A stretch of DNA of 58,963 nucleotides, the filler included. It is 4 parts of 4 records of this genome, joined end to end, with 100 filler letters (N's around TTAATTAATTAA, not from the genome) between each part and the next. Parts side by side here need not be neighbours in the genome. Positions count along the whole stretch, not along the records: positions 1 to 11,817 come from DRR378314_1672; positions 11,918 to 31,278 come from DRR378314_1674; 2 more parts are not named here. One strand, given 5' to 3'. A program made the translations under genes and the position numbers. Positions 1 through 13,520 of this stretch are shown here, piece by piece (position 1 is the first letter of the stretch; every line of letters starts with the position of its first letter). The notes beneath the pieces are model-generated. The model had not been told where the DNA came from. It did not search any database and saw nothing but the letters and a program-made list of their open reading frames with translations.

Positions 1-3000
1 GTGTGCAGCAGCGCCACGGGAGGGAACATGCGCTCGAGCTGCGTCTCGGCCATGTGGCACAGTGCCCGCGCCGCGGCGCCGTCCCACCCGACCTTGACGT
101 ACTGCTCGTACGCGGCGCGAAACGCTGCCACAGCGGCGCGCACAAGGTCGCCGGCCGCGGCAAACGACGCCGCGCCCACGCCGCCGCTGTCGGGCGCATC
201 GAGTCCGCGAGCGCCCGCGCGCCGCGGCGATGCGGTGCCCGCTCCTATCGCAGCGTCAGCGTCGCGAAGCGCACTCGCTGAGGGTCGCGCAGTCTCCGAC
301 GACTCGCTCCAGCGCGATGCGCCGCCGCCGCCGCCGAGCACGGCAGACATCGCCGGGCCGGCGTCCGGGAGCTCGAGGGGGAACGCGTACAAGTGCGATA
401 TGCGCACCATCGCCTGCAGCACGCGCCCGCGCAGGAGATACATGTCGCCTAGACGACTAATACGAGAGGGCCCGCATTCGCGAACGGCAGCGTCGGTCCA
501 TACGAGCGCCTCGGCGAGACGGCCCGCGCGCAGGAGGTTGCGGGCGGCGAGACTCAGGTACTCGAGAGCGCGCGCGCTGTCGGCCTCGTGCAGCACGGCG
601 CTCCCGTTCAGACTGCCGTGCATCGACGCGGAAGACACCGACGACGATGTGGAGCTCGTACGCGGCCGGCTGTTCCGCCACGACGCAGCGGTCCCCGCTG
701 AGCTCGCTGCGTCGCAATCGCCGCCGACACTCCACCCGCCGCCGCTACCGCGCGCGTGTGTCGGCGTCGACGGCGTCGCGACGCTGCTCACGAGCGACGC
801 GCGACGCGCCCACCCGCCGCCGAGATCTTCAGCGACGAGCTCCATGAGCGCGTCTACGCACTCCGCGTGGGATCGCTTCCGCAGCATTGCGCGTGCGAGC
901 ATGTGCAAGACGTGGCCGCGCTGGCCGTGTGGGAGACGCGAAGCCCGCAGCGCCTCGAGGAGCGCGATGCCGCGGTCGAGGAACCCCGCGCGCAGCATCA
1001 CGTCCGCGATCCGGAGCTCCAGGTGCAGCACCGCCGAGTCGACGCGCTCTGACGGGAGCGGGAGCGCAAAGCCGGGCAGCGCGAGCAGCGACGCGCGGAA
1101 ATGCGCCAGGGCATTCCTGAAATCCCCACGCTCCGCGTACAATTCAGCGACCTTGGTGCTGACAAACCGCAGCTCGCTGGTACGCCCGGCAGAGCGACAG
1201 TGCTCGAGCACTTTGGAGTAGTACAGCACCGCGCGGCGCCAGTCGTGGTGCTCGGAGCATATCTCCGCCAGGCGCCGGTTCAGCTGGTGATAGTCATGCT
1301 TTCGCCGCACCTTGTACAACGCCGCCGCGGCCTCAAACGCAGCAATGGCGTAGCGGTACTTATTGTTCGATAAGAGCACGTCCGCGTACGAGAGCAGCGC
1401 GTGTACGCCAATCTCTGACACGATGACGCAGTCTTGCGGCGACGAGGCCCGATCAAGCACGTACACGCTCTCAAAGAGCAGGCGTTCCGCGTTGGCAAGT
1501 CCGGCAGCGCCGCGCTCCCAGTGCATGAGACCCAATACAAACGCAGTCTTGGCACGAAGAAAGTGGCCTTCTGGAAGCTCTTCGTACACTTCCAGTAGTA
1601 TTTCGAGACGTGCGTCCGCGCTGTGAATCAAGGAGCGGTGCGCGTCATTTGCAATCGAAGGCTCGTAAATACGCGCCATGTCATCGTCGGACCGATCGGG
1701 AGCCTCGTCATCGCTGCCGCGTTCGTCCAGCGTCCCCGTGGTGAGCGGAGACAGCTCGATCAGGAACAAGTGAATATCACACACCGCGGCAGCGATCACC
1801 ATGGGGCCGCTTGCCTCACGCATAGCATTCACCTGGGTGCTACGGGACCGGCCGTTTGCATATACAGACACCAGGCGTGGCAGCACCGACGCAGCCTCAC
1901 CGGTGCGCAACGAATGGACATGATGCCCCAAGCTCTCAAGATACACCAAATCCACGAGCACGCCTTCCATATGCGGCTTTAACGCAATGGAACGCGTGAC
2001 CTGGAAGCGAATTGCATCAACGAGGAAGAAGATGCATCTGTAAGGTGGGAAATTGAGGAACGCAGCTCCCGTGCCGTGCACACGAGGCTCGGCCAATCAT
2101 CACACAGAGGTATCCCACCGCGCACGCACGCAAATATAATGCCGGTGCATGCGCGGCGTATCTGAGTGACAATCACACATCTCCTCGTGAAAGGGGAAAT
2201 ACGTTTTTGCATTGTACAACTGGACTGCGACCCGTACAGCACAAGCCCCAGTAACGGATCGCAGTAGCCACGAGAATACTCGATAATGAGCAAACAAACA
2301 CGTACACGCGCAGATACGCCCGAGCAGCTCACATCGATTGTCGTCACAACTACGTGTAAGTGCCAAAGAGGGAAACCCCCTAACATCGAATGGGCGCGCA
2401 CTCTACTCGTGCGTCTCGCAAATTCCAGCTACGCACCAACAAAGAAAATCCAATGCAGCGCCTGAACGTGCACAGAAGCCCCTGACCAGCATGCTGAACG
2501 CACCTCGGCCATATCCGCCAAGGGACCTGCGCGCACATTAACTGGACGCGCGTTCTTGCCAGCCATGCGCAGCATCTGCAACGTGACAAGAAATACACTA
2601 GTTCGATCGCTTTGTTCCTCGCGGTCGTACTCGCGTCGACGCTGGCTTCCCATTTCTGACAGCTCCGTGAAGTATGTGACCAAAAGCTTCCACAACTCGC
2701 TTCCCAGTCCGCCGCGCGAGAGCTGTCGACACCGCTCTAAGAAGGCGCGTGCCCACGCCGGAGAGAACTGCACCACAAATCAGAGCGCAGTACAGTGAGC
2801 GATAAGCGTACAACGGGCACTGATCTATACTGCGCCATCCGATGCGTCGACGAATACAGGGGAAAGTGGCTGGGAAAGGGAGCGAACCTGACGTACAACA
2901 AGACAGACAGGACTGCACCTCCAAACAAATAAAATTCGGCGAGGCGCGCGGCCAAGGATGTTTGGGTGCGCACACGGAAGGAAATAGAGAGGCACTGTAC

Positions 3001-6000
3001 TAACGTAAGCGTCTCAGCGCTGTGCGAGTGCAGCAGAAAAAGAGCTGTACACGTTCACACGCTAGCACTCTGCCATCGCGAACCCGTTACACCGTTTTTC
3101 CCCGCTGTCCCTTCAACCAAGAAAGAACGCACATCGCCATCGCGCCGGTAACCCGCACGTACGATCATTTCTACTCTAGTGCGATGCGGTAGCTACCATC
3201 GACCGGCGCTAATAAAAATACAGCCAATGAGCTCTGCAGTGCTGCAATCGCGGCCTTGAGCGCGTACCCGCCACTATCTCACATTCCTACACCCACACTA
3301 TCTGCCGCCACATTGGTACACATTGACCGCGCTCCACAGTACCAACTGCGAGTGATGAACCCCTCGTTCGATTGCAGGGGGGTTGATATTCACATAACGG
3401 GTCATGGAGCGTATCAACAATCCTAAAAAAAATTCTTTGCCGCACTGGTGCCTTGCGAGCACTGTGCACAGAGGTACGAGGTACACACGGGTGCGAAGCG
3501 TAGTACAAAACGAGCACGGGCACCCCCCCCTCTGGCCATTCTGACACAATGACTCCAATGCTCCACACTCGCTGGCAAACGCACCCGCTCAAGGTACTGC
3601 AGTTTGGCGTGAAAATCTAACCGCTCCGTGATCTGCGCCTCCGACACCACATAGTCGCGCAAGTGAAGTCGAACCATTGACCCTTCCGAGCAACCCAGCC
3701 AACTCTCCAGCGCTTGCTCCGACAGATATTTGTACCTACAGTACAAACAACAGGTAAACACGCAAAAGCGGTGAAAGCGCCAAGGTCCCTACAATAATGA
3801 GCGTTGGTCCTGCGCGTCGTAAGAAAAAGTGCAGACACGCTACCACGGCGTGCAGTGACCATAGGACAGGAGAGGGCGATACAAGAGGGAACGCGAGCTT
3901 CCTTTTCCCCTCTAGGAGCGCAGCGATGAGCGTCCCGGTACGAAGCCCCATGACAACCTTCCCACTACCACGCCGCCAATATTACAACTTACGAAGAGTC
4001 ACACAAACGGAACTACTACAAAGCTTCATTCTGTACCCATGCTTTCTTACTTGTATACACATGTGTCGTTCCTTCATACTGCGTCTACTGAACCGCGAGC
4101 GCGCGGAACGGACGGGGACATCAACTTCGCATCGCGCCACCGCACCCACGTTACAAACAGCGAACAGACATAAAAAACAATGGTTTCGCGCATACAACCC
4201 TATTCGCCGGATTCTACGGATAGGCTATTTGCGTGTACTTGGGACGTACCCTCCACTGGTGCGCAGCGAGAACAGCTGCGACGGCTTCGGATAGCGAACG
4301 ATGCGCGACGGGTGACTCGAGTCCTCCAACGAAGCAAGAATGCGATAGCCCTTGGGAATCCGCTCGGAGCGCTCCACTTCCGCACGCGCAATGTCTGCCT
4401 CAGTGGTATCCTGAAAAGGCAACAAGTACACGAAACAACAAAGAACCGACACATCAGTTCCTGGAATATAGATAGTAGTCGCGCCGCGCTGCGATTGCAC
4501 AGCACTTCCTCACCAGTCACGTGATCGCAGCGGACACGACAGAGCGCACGAAACGGTAGCAATCGGGCGCACCCACGCAAAACAGTGCAAGAAAGAAAAA
4601 GACCGCGCGCCACAACAAGCCGAATTCCGACACTCATCCGCGCTGCATCCGCTACGCGGCGTGTCCTGTGTAACACTTCTCTCGTCCATCACGGCTTGTT
4701 GCGTCCTATCCCGCAGCTCGATCCGGCAATGTGTACGGTGTGCAGTGCAGAGAGCCTTCGTTCGCAGAAGGCGAGGTCGCGCATCGCCCAACCACAAGCG
4801 CTACCCACACATCCACAGTACACACATAGCACACAGCTACCACACACATACACACATACCGATTCTTTGATGAGCGCTAGTAGCTGCACGCTCGGGAGAG
4901 AGCGATGCGGTGGACGCGTAGAGGACTCTTCCATCGCGAATTCCGCGTCCCAGTCCTCGCCTTCGTCGTCGTCGGCGTCGGCGCCCGATCCGCCGGCGGT
5001 CCGCGCCTCCGCGCCGCTTCGACCAGGCGAAACCGACGCGCCGCCTTTCCCGCCCGCGACCCCGCTGCCCACAGCACCAGCACCATCTGCACCATCCTCT
5101 TCAGCGGCAGCTGCTGCTTTAGCGCGACAGTGAAGCTCTACCGCGCGTGTGAGAATCTCGTAGTCTGTATCTTGGTTGAGTGATACCATGGAAAACCGCA
5201 GGTACCGCTCAGCCAACGCCGGAGCACCATCCAGAAGAGCAAGGCCGATGTAGAAACACGCGCGGCCAATATCTTTCCAGGGGATCTGCCAACAACAGAG
5301 AAAGAGGGAGGATACCGAGTACGCGCAATCGCAACGATGCAAAAATACCGCGTCAGCTACGCAACGAGGACGAGCGATGCCCTGACAGAAAAAGAATCGC
5401 GTGATGTGTCCAAAGGAGGAACTCGACTGCACAACTGCTATACTACAGGACACGAGGTTGCACAAACACTCTCAACATTTCCATTGAGACCAAGCGCCAC
5501 GCAGGAACCCGCGATGACTGGCAACAAAACAATGACTGAGACTGCTTGGAAGCCAAGAGGGACCGGGACTTGCGTATCTATCCACGATGCTCCGGGACAG
5601 AAGACACACGCAATTCCCTAGCACAGGTAGTAGGAAGAGAAACAAAAACTAAGAGAACGAGTCTACGTGTGGAACACACCTTGTCCGATCCATCCGGAAC
5701 AGCATCAAGAACGAGCTTCAGATGCTCGAGAAGGAACTGTAATGCTTCTTCATACTCGTTCGCCTCGCACGCAACCATTCCCAGCTCGTACAACACTTCG
5801 CAAAGAACCGATCCAACGGCAGCATTGCGCGCTCGCTCCAGCGCCCGTTCCAGAAACTCACGCGCAGAAGCCGCTGTATCCATTACAGTTGCCGTTCTAC
5901 CGAGCTCCAGCAGACACGCAGCCTCTTCTGCAGCAAATTCTGTTCAACAATAGTACAAAGGAACACGGGAGGACACGGACCGAGGAGGACCAGAATAGGG

Positions 6001-9000
6001 AAGAGAGCGAACGAGAGAAGAGATTAACACGGTACACAGGTGTCGCACAACAGGAGCCACACCAAGAGCATCATTATCGCATCCATACACACATAAAATA
6101 CACGCATTTAAAGAGGTACATACTCCGCAGTGTATCAAACGTGGAATACACATGCATAGGCCACCATCGCAGCTAGGAAAGGCTCGCGTCCACGATTCCA
6201 AACGACCCAGAAAGTGAGCGCCTCACGCAAACGCTATGCAAACCAGCCTTCAAGGGCAAAAAACGACACCAAAGACATGTACATGTACGAGCAGTGCGAT
6301 TTCTATCTCAATGGTCTTTCGGAACGGAAATGCTGAGCACTGGAGCTACCCGCTGGCTTTCTTGGCACATGACTGCGTGTACATGTACCCGCTGTGATCG
6401 TGTATGTGTGAGTGTGCGCACGTGTCAGGGCTGCGAGTGGTCGCGGAGCACACGACGGGACTTCTCGCACGCGCGCCCGGCTCGCTGCACACACTACTGA
6501 ACAATTACCCGCACTCGCATGCATACCGCACGTGCGCCATGCGCGCGCGAGTGCCACTTCACTCGCATAGGAAGGACTGCACTGCGCAAACCTGCTGTCC
6601 TGTCCCACCTCACTCTCCGTTCTCCCTTGTACAGTGCTGTAGCGTGGACGACGCGTACCTGCGCTCGATTCCGGGAGCGTCTCCGAGAGATCGGTCACCG
6701 AAGAACTGGGTCCGTGGATCGCTTTCCACGCGCTCTCCAGCTGCTCCATCGCGCCGCGGTACCGCTAAGAGAGAGAAAAAGAGAAGGCAAGCAAACCCAC
6801 CAGCACATCCCGGCGCACATACAAAAGTACACATCAACGAGAGCAGAAGGTTAGGGGCAGGTACGGTGACAAGGTGCGCGCAGAGGCGGTGCCGATGTGA
6901 GATCCTGCTCGCGAGCACTTCCTTTTGCTGCAATGCGACAAGCAGGCTATACGACGTTCCGCAGGCATCCCTACAGTATCCCTCTAGACCTCCCTTCCTC
7001 TATCAACTAGTAAACGAACACGTAGTAGATGTGGGGTTGACAGCAGTGTATCTGCGGAGAGCATCGCCCACGGGTTGCAGTGCCGTGGCAGCGGCTGGAG
7101 CGAGGAAAAGCGCGTCACAAGGTGGATTCCTCGCCCTTGAGACTGTACGCCTCCAGCCTTCTCCACGCAACGCACCACGACATGCCCACGAAACCCCAAA
7201 CTCAAGGAGAACAACAAATGCACTTCACCACCAGGAACATAGTATTAATAAGCATGATACCGTTCCGGAGCTATCTTGTAGTCATGTGAAAACGAAAGAG
7301 GTACCTTTGCACGCCGATACAATCGACCAAAGCAGACATGGGCTTGCGCGAGTTCGTGCGGATCGTCTTTTCCTTGGGCGAAGGCAAGCTTCCACTCTTG
7401 CAATTCAAGTTCTTTCTCCATCTGCATTCCAGCGAACCAATCGTTGTATATTTCGCCAAAACAAGAACAATGCATATTACTGCAAGAAACGAACGCCAAA
7501 CGAAGACGTGTTCCCAAAACCGGCAAACTGCATCCATGCGGGACGAAGAGAGAACGCAATCTGCAACAAACACGAGGATCCACCTTCAACAAAACAAAAC
7601 TTGTCTCTTCACCGAAACGCTATTATGGGTACCCAGCGCGCTTTTTCACTGAGTATGCAGTCATAGGGAACATTCACAGTTGTTTCGATTGGCACTTTGA
7701 AGTACATTCGAGCTGCAGATACACTGCATACCTGCTCAGCGGTATCCTCTTCGGCTTCGCGATACGCCTGCTCTCGCGCTCGAACAAGCGCCTCTGTATT
7801 CTGCAGCACCGATTCGCCAAGTGCTTCCACAATTACGCCTGTAATAAAATGAAGATTGAGTAATGTGCAACAGAAGCGAACCGCAAATGTGAAGAACTTG
7901 GAGGTACATTGCCAGCCCCTTGTCCGTGATAGCAGATCAACCGGCATCTATGTACGCGGATACTATCCGACTGCGCATTGCATCAACTCGGAAACAGAGC
8001 AGGACACGGCTGCCCGAGGATATGCACAGTCGATACGAACAGTAAAATGCCACCACTGTTGGAGCTGGATACGAGTTCAGCTCGACCAGAACACAGTCAA
8101 ACGCGCGTGGCGCTACTCATCGGCACTCACTTCCGTTCAACTGCTGTGGCGGCTGAACAATCGAAAGAAGACACCAAGTGCACAAATCAAGGTCCCCTCC
8201 CTCACTCCACGCACCGAAATAAAGATTGGGCGATAATATACATACGAGCCTGTGCACAGGAAAGGCGATATACGTGCTGCATCGTACCTTGCACTGTGGT
8301 CGCCAGCGCTGACGCGTGCGCCGGCGCTGCGGCAGCCGAGCTACCGCCACCAGAAGGAGCGCCGTATTTCCGCAATCGCTGGCGCGTAAGCAACACCGGC
8401 GGTGCTGTGGGAAACGTCAAGAACAGTATCGATTACCAAACGAATGGAGTAAGAGAGACAGAGAGCGCCCGTCGAAACGAGGAGGTACAGCAGAGAGCGG
8501 TAGACAGCGAGCGCGGCAAGCGGATGGAAGAAGCAGGGAAGGCACGAGCGGCGCCGCAGCTGCGGACCTGGGCGAATACGGAGCCCAAACTCGCAAATTC
8601 CGACGGCGCCAAAGGAGAGGGTCAGCATCTAGGCGATTCGTAGAATGATGAGAAGGAGCGTTGAGGAATTTTCCTTGTCCATAATACTGAGCGCTACCAG
8701 GGCTGCTGCAGTGCGCGTCGAGCTCGCGAATTCCGCGGCGCGCTGCAGCAGCACGGCCAACGCACACACGAGGTCTGCCACGCCCGATACACACAAGCGG
8801 TGAAGTTCTCGCTTACAAACGCCAGTTTTTTCTTCACGTTCTAAGCCACCGCAGTGGTAAGCAGAGATTGGAAATGACATTATACGAAGCAGTGATAGGT
8901 GCTACGAGGGTGTATGCGCTCTGCAGAAGCTGGGGGTTGCGCCTCCCCTTGGAGACAGACAAGCGCGAGGAACCGTGCGGGCAGCCGCGCCTCACGACGC

Positions 9001-9790
9001 CGCGCGAACCACGAGAACACGGCACCAACGACGCATATGTAGTGCGCCTGCGCTTAACCGTCCACCACGAACAATAGCATATTCTACTTTGTAGCACAAC
9101 GTAGAGGCTTGTGGCGTAGAAGCAACGGAATATCTCGTACCGTCGCGCTCTTCGAAGCCTTCGTCGAGGTCGAAGTCGTCCTCCCAGTTGTCGGCGCGCG
9201 CGTTCGGGTCCGCGGAGAGCCCGACCACAGGCGCCTGCGACACTGCACACCCGTACCAGCAGGAGCCACCGCAAGCCACGCGCGCCCGTACCCAACGGTC
9301 ATACACAGAAAATGGAAGGATTGGTATTATATATTTCATTGTACGCATAGCTACGCTTGGACAGTTTTCTCTGCAGGGCGCCCCTGGGTAGCGGCAACGC
9401 CGTCGGTGCCGCTCTGCGCGCTGGGAGGCAGCGCACGGCGGCGCGCACACACAGACCGAGCGGCAGAGCGCCGCGCCGCGCTGGTACGCGCCGCCACCAC
9501 CGGCCCATACGCGCGAATTCATGCGAAAGAAAGTATAATTGCACTATCATTATATTGTTTATAGTACTTGTCCTTGGTGAACTCCGTGGGAAACACACGC
9601 CAATCGCCTCGCTCCTTCGCGAGTAGGCACCCAAAGGCGAGACGGTGAGAGCGCCGCGCGGTGCAGCAGGGCGGGGTGGAGTGAGTGCCGCTCCCCATGG
9701 AACGACGCGGTGCCGTACGCGAAACGTGTACGTACACTGCGGAGTGTTCTCCGTTTCGTCGAGAGCAAAATCATCATCCCATTCCTCCAT
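1..9790 (-). CDS. Large multi-exon alpha-helical/TPR-like repeat protein, 3' end outside window
   Basis: Starts MEEWDDDFALDETENTPQ at 9790 followed by a GTACGT donor. About 10 exons with GT-AG borders. TPR-like helices include AREFLERALERA..EVLYELGMVACEANEYEEALQFLLEHL, IGRACFYIGLALL, and a long last-visible exon (~1620-1: KYRYAIAAFEAAAALY, DWRRAVLYYSKVLEH, VAELYAERGDFRNALAHFRASL). Some internal exon borders are unresolved. Confidence 0.7.
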
Positions 9791-11787
9791 ACTAATGTCT
9801 TCAATGCCAGACTTCGCTTTGCGCCTCCGTTGTGCTGCTCACCGGGCCGGGCCGATGGGAGGCCGCAGGAACTGCACGCCGCGGAGAGGGCTCGCGGCGC
9901 CTGGGGCGGGTGACGGAGCCAGGCGCGGACCGGAGCGGCCAACGATGAACGGTTATGTCAACAAGGGTTCATCACTCCCTCTTCCCCTTTGCTCGCTCGG
10001 TGCCGATCGCGCGCGTGTATAAAACCAACACTACGTGAGCTACACCGAGCTTCTTTGCTCCTTGCAACAGCGCGGCAACGCGTGGTTCATGTCTTCAAAT
10101 TTTCAGCAGAGCTAGTGTATTCGACACGGAGCAAGCGCGCACGGCGGCCGTGGCAAGTACGTACATGCAAATGTATTTACACAGCAAGTCCTGTAGATAG
10201 AGAATGGGAGCTGCAATACAGTGCGGCCGTCCGGCACTCGCAACGACACGCGGAAGGACGCGGCGTTGCGCGACAATCCGGCGCCCAGCGCTTACCACAC
10301 AAATACAATAGCACAATCACCAGCGAGGTCTCGGAGCGACACAGCAGCAACAACAACGACCGCTCGAGCAACGCTTCAGACGGGGCGCATTGACACAACG
10401 TCTGGACGTACCATTCCTCGCGCATAGAGGAGAAGAGCTACGCATACCGCAGAGATGAAGATAGAAAAAGCACGAAGCAATGCGACGCGAACCAGAAACG
10501 AGAGACTCCAAGCCATCCTTCGTACATGGAGGAGCGATAGGGAAAACTGTTCTTCTTGTGTGAGTAGCAATATATTCCAATTGCTTCCGCCATTACGTTA
10601 CCACAGAATGAGTGGATTGTGTACGGAAACGTCTCGCTGCCCCCATTTCCACAGCCAGAAACCACAGCATCGGCACATGCTTCCGTTACGCGACAACACA
10701 ATGGAGCAATAATCATAACCCAAAAAAAAGCGAGCGAGGAATCCAATTTCCGCGCACGAGAACCGGGAAAGCCTTCCGTTCTCCTGTTAACGGACTCCAC
10801 CCGATTGTTGGACCCCAGGATACCACAATATCGTAGTAGATCACCACCTACGAGCTCGTATGCTATTTTACGTATCGCTCCACGAGTGATTGAAGTGCCT
10901 ACACCACATAGAGAGAACGGAAGATATAGCGCATCAGCGACAACCTTTGCTAGAGAGGTGCGCGGTCAGTGAATATACCGCAAGAACATAGCTCACACGA
11001 ATCCAAGGGCACAACACGTACTCTGCGAAAAGATAACAACCTACAATGTCATCGAAACAGCAAACGATAAGCCCCCTCACAGGGGCAACTATCCTACCAT
11101 ATACGTCAGGAGAGAACACGATGATGACTCCGCAAACACGGATTTCTCCTGTGTAACACAACCAGCGGTCACAACAGGGCGCGCCGCAATCCTTCACAGG
11201 ATCTGAGCTGTACAAATACTCCGTGTTTCTTAATGCTATTGTTACCTACGTTGTGACAGCGACCTCCCTTTTCCCCCATCTATCGGTGCATGAGGAACGA
11301 AGAAATCACAGAGACCGAGACCTCATGAGCAACCGCGACGGAGAACACGCCGCTGGGAGTCTACGACTCGCACCTGCCGTTCCGTATCGAGATCCTGGCG
11401 GTATTTCTCCAACTCGCGCTTGAGATTGCTATTGTCAGCTTCGAGTGTGCGTACTTTATTCGCTAAAAACACACGTGCCTGTACAAAGAGGACACAGAGC
11501 AAGGGAAAAAGAGAAGATCATCCCTGGAAAGTGAGAATCAGGAAGGGGGAGAGAGTACACGCGATTTTCCAGTGTCCGTGTTGAGCAGCTCACGACACGT
11601 GAACAGCAAAACGTCGACGACGAGCAAGATACAGTACCAGGCATAGATCATGCGACATGAATGGAACTGTCTGCATGCAATCCCTTTCGACCATTCTGCA
11701 AATCAATATGTATGCTACAAAGAAAGGAAGCCCTCTTCGTGCTTCGTCACTCACCTTCTGGTGACAGGACGAGCATAGCACTATCGT

Positions 11788-11817
11788 TCTCACTCTCACT
11801 CTCACTCTCACTCTCAC
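11788..11817 (+). repeat. (TCTCAC)5 microsatellite at contig end
   Basis: Hexamer repeat running into the N gap. Confidence 0.95.
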
Positions 11818-11917
11818 NNNNNNNNNNNNNNNNNNNNNNNNNNNNNNNNNNNNNNNNNNNNTTAATTAATTAANNNNNNNNNNNNNNNNNNNNNNNNNNN
11901 NNNNNNNNNNNNNNNNN
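11818..11917. other. Artificial contig linker (44N-TTAATTAATTAA-44N)
   Basis: 100-bp spacer with stops in all six frames, identical at all three junctions. Confidence 0.97.
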
Positions 11918-12495
11918 GACAAATCTGACAAGGAGGAAAGCGCGGGCGGAATTCGATGCTATGGGGATTGTGGGCTACGGCTGCGGTGAACGACGTGCAG
12001 GGCGGCAGATTGCGTGGCACGGAGCTGTGCAAATATGTTGATTCTCCCGACCCGATTTGGCCGGTTGATCTCCCATCTTTGCACGAGGGACCTTTTGCAG
12101 CGAAGGTTTTGGTGATTTGGCCGCACTGAAGAGACCGGCGTCAGCGCAAGGAAGGGTTGGGTTTGCTCGTCTTATCATGCGGCGTCGTCCCATGGTGGGG
12201 CGCGGGATTTAGGTGTTTGGCCGCGTGTGAAGATCTCCATGATGATCATAGTGCCACCGCATTTGGGGCACGGCTGTGACTGGTCTCGTTCGTCGACATC
12301 GACGTCTTGATCCTCACTGGCTTTCGGATTGGCGTCCACTTCAACCTCCAGCAAGCACCTGATCTTTTCGATCCTATCGCGGCGAATGCCGTTCGCCAGG
12401 AAGCCTGCGTGGCGGATGCGATGGAAGCCGGAGGGCAGAACATGGATCAGGAAACGGCGGATGAACTCATCCGTGGTCATAGTGCTTCCGTCCAA
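11918..12495 (-). mobile_element. IS91-family element remnant (transposase C-terminus plus downstream end region)
   Basis: Transposase fragment at 12175-12495. Downstream CAATCCCCATAGC...TTCCTCCTTG resembles the ends of alphaproteobacterial IS91-like elements. The contig breaks here. Confidence 0.7.
12175..12495 (-). pseudogene. IS91-family (Y2/HUH) transposase, C-terminal fragment
   Basis: EFIRRFLIHVLPSGFHRIRHAGFLAN and terminal CPKCGGTM are typical of IS91/IS801 C-termini; the N-terminal catalytic part is absent. Confidence 0.85.
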
Positions 12496-12685
12496 GCTTG
12501 AACAAGGAACGCACGATCAAACCCAGGGATCAAAGCCGAGGCCATTTCAGCGCGATGTTGATGAACTTGCGGTTTTGTTTTGTGTTCGGTCTGAAGTTTG
12601 ACCACAAATAGCCCTGTAGAGCGATTGCCTGCCTGGACCGCTCACATACTACCGAACCGCCCCGCCTTTCCCTAAGGATCAGATC

Positions 12686-12967
12686 ATGACAGACTCAGCA
12701 CAGTCGACCGAGAAAATTCACTATATTTGCCAGACATATATTGAAAAGAAGACGGGGCGCGATGGTTTGGCTGGTCTGAAAATCGACAAGCAGTTCGAAT
12801 ATGCCACGGCGTCAGAGGCGCAAAACAGAGCCGAACGAGAAGCGCAGTCTGACACTTGCACGGGTGCGGATGCCTACATGATCAGTGAGGATCCAAGCAG
12901 TGGGGAAGTGGGAACGCCAGTCTTCCTCGTGCGGCTGGGGAATGTTCCGGATTTTGACGATTTCTAG
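12686..12967 (+). CDS. Hypothetical small acidic protein (93 aa)
   Basis: ATG with AAGGA RBS; globular-looking composition; no family recognised. Confidence 0.7.
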   Translation: MTDSAQSTEKIHYICQTYIEKKTGRDGLAGLKIDKQFEYATASEAQNRAEREAQSDTCTGADAYMISEDPSSGEVGTPVFLVRLGNVPDFDDF

Positions 12968-13520
12968 AACTCAGAGATTATGATCAGCCGCGCGAAGGCC
13001 CTGGTCCGCGCTGCGTGATGGTCGGCCCGAACGCCCGCCGGTCTTTCCGATGCGGCTATGCAATTCGGCCTGCCCATTGCCCGTCAGTGTATTGCGCTGC
13101 GATGCCCCGAAAGGGGATCAAAGTGTTGTTTAAACTTCCGTTGCAGCGACCCAACGGCCACCCGAGCCAAGCATCTGAAGCCGCACAGGTCTTTGGTTCC
13201 TGCGAAGGGGATTACTACGACACGGCAAGGTGCGATCTGCAAGCAGCCGAGTTTTTCAAGGCACCCGTGCGTCGCATTGGGCGCACATGGAGAGCATCAG
13301 CCTGCGCGGAGGCCTGCCAAGTGGGAAACGGTTCGCCAGACTCATTGAAAACAGGTGTGAACATCGCCGTGGAGAGGGGGCGGGTTTCGCGGTGTGCAAG
13401 CAACACCCCTTCAAAAACCTGCCCCCATCAATTGTGCGGACCGCTCAACGCAGCTGTCCGAGTTAAGTGGCGGGAATGTCGACACGATTTCGCCCGCGGC
13501 CGCTGAGCCGGAAAGAAGGC

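Noticed and set aside
1-1221. 406-aa plus-strand ORF and other long antisense ORFs (e.g. 20286-21821, 25904-27232, 43198-44184)
   Set aside because: Shadow ORFs opposite GC-rich real genes; biased composition and no motifs.
9950-11787. Possible gene or retroelement upstream of the TPR gene
   Set aside because: Only short ORFs with no recognisable motif or consistent exon chain.
11862-11873. TTAATTAATTAA repeated three times in the window (piggyBac-like TTAA or a regulatory repeat?)
   Set aside because: Always centred in identical N runs; it is a synthetic all-frame stop linker.
12500-12590. Alphaproteobacterial LexA box (GTTC-N7-GTTC) upstream of the orphan gene
   Set aside because: Only degenerate matches (GAAC-N7-GCAC, TTTT-N7-GTTC).
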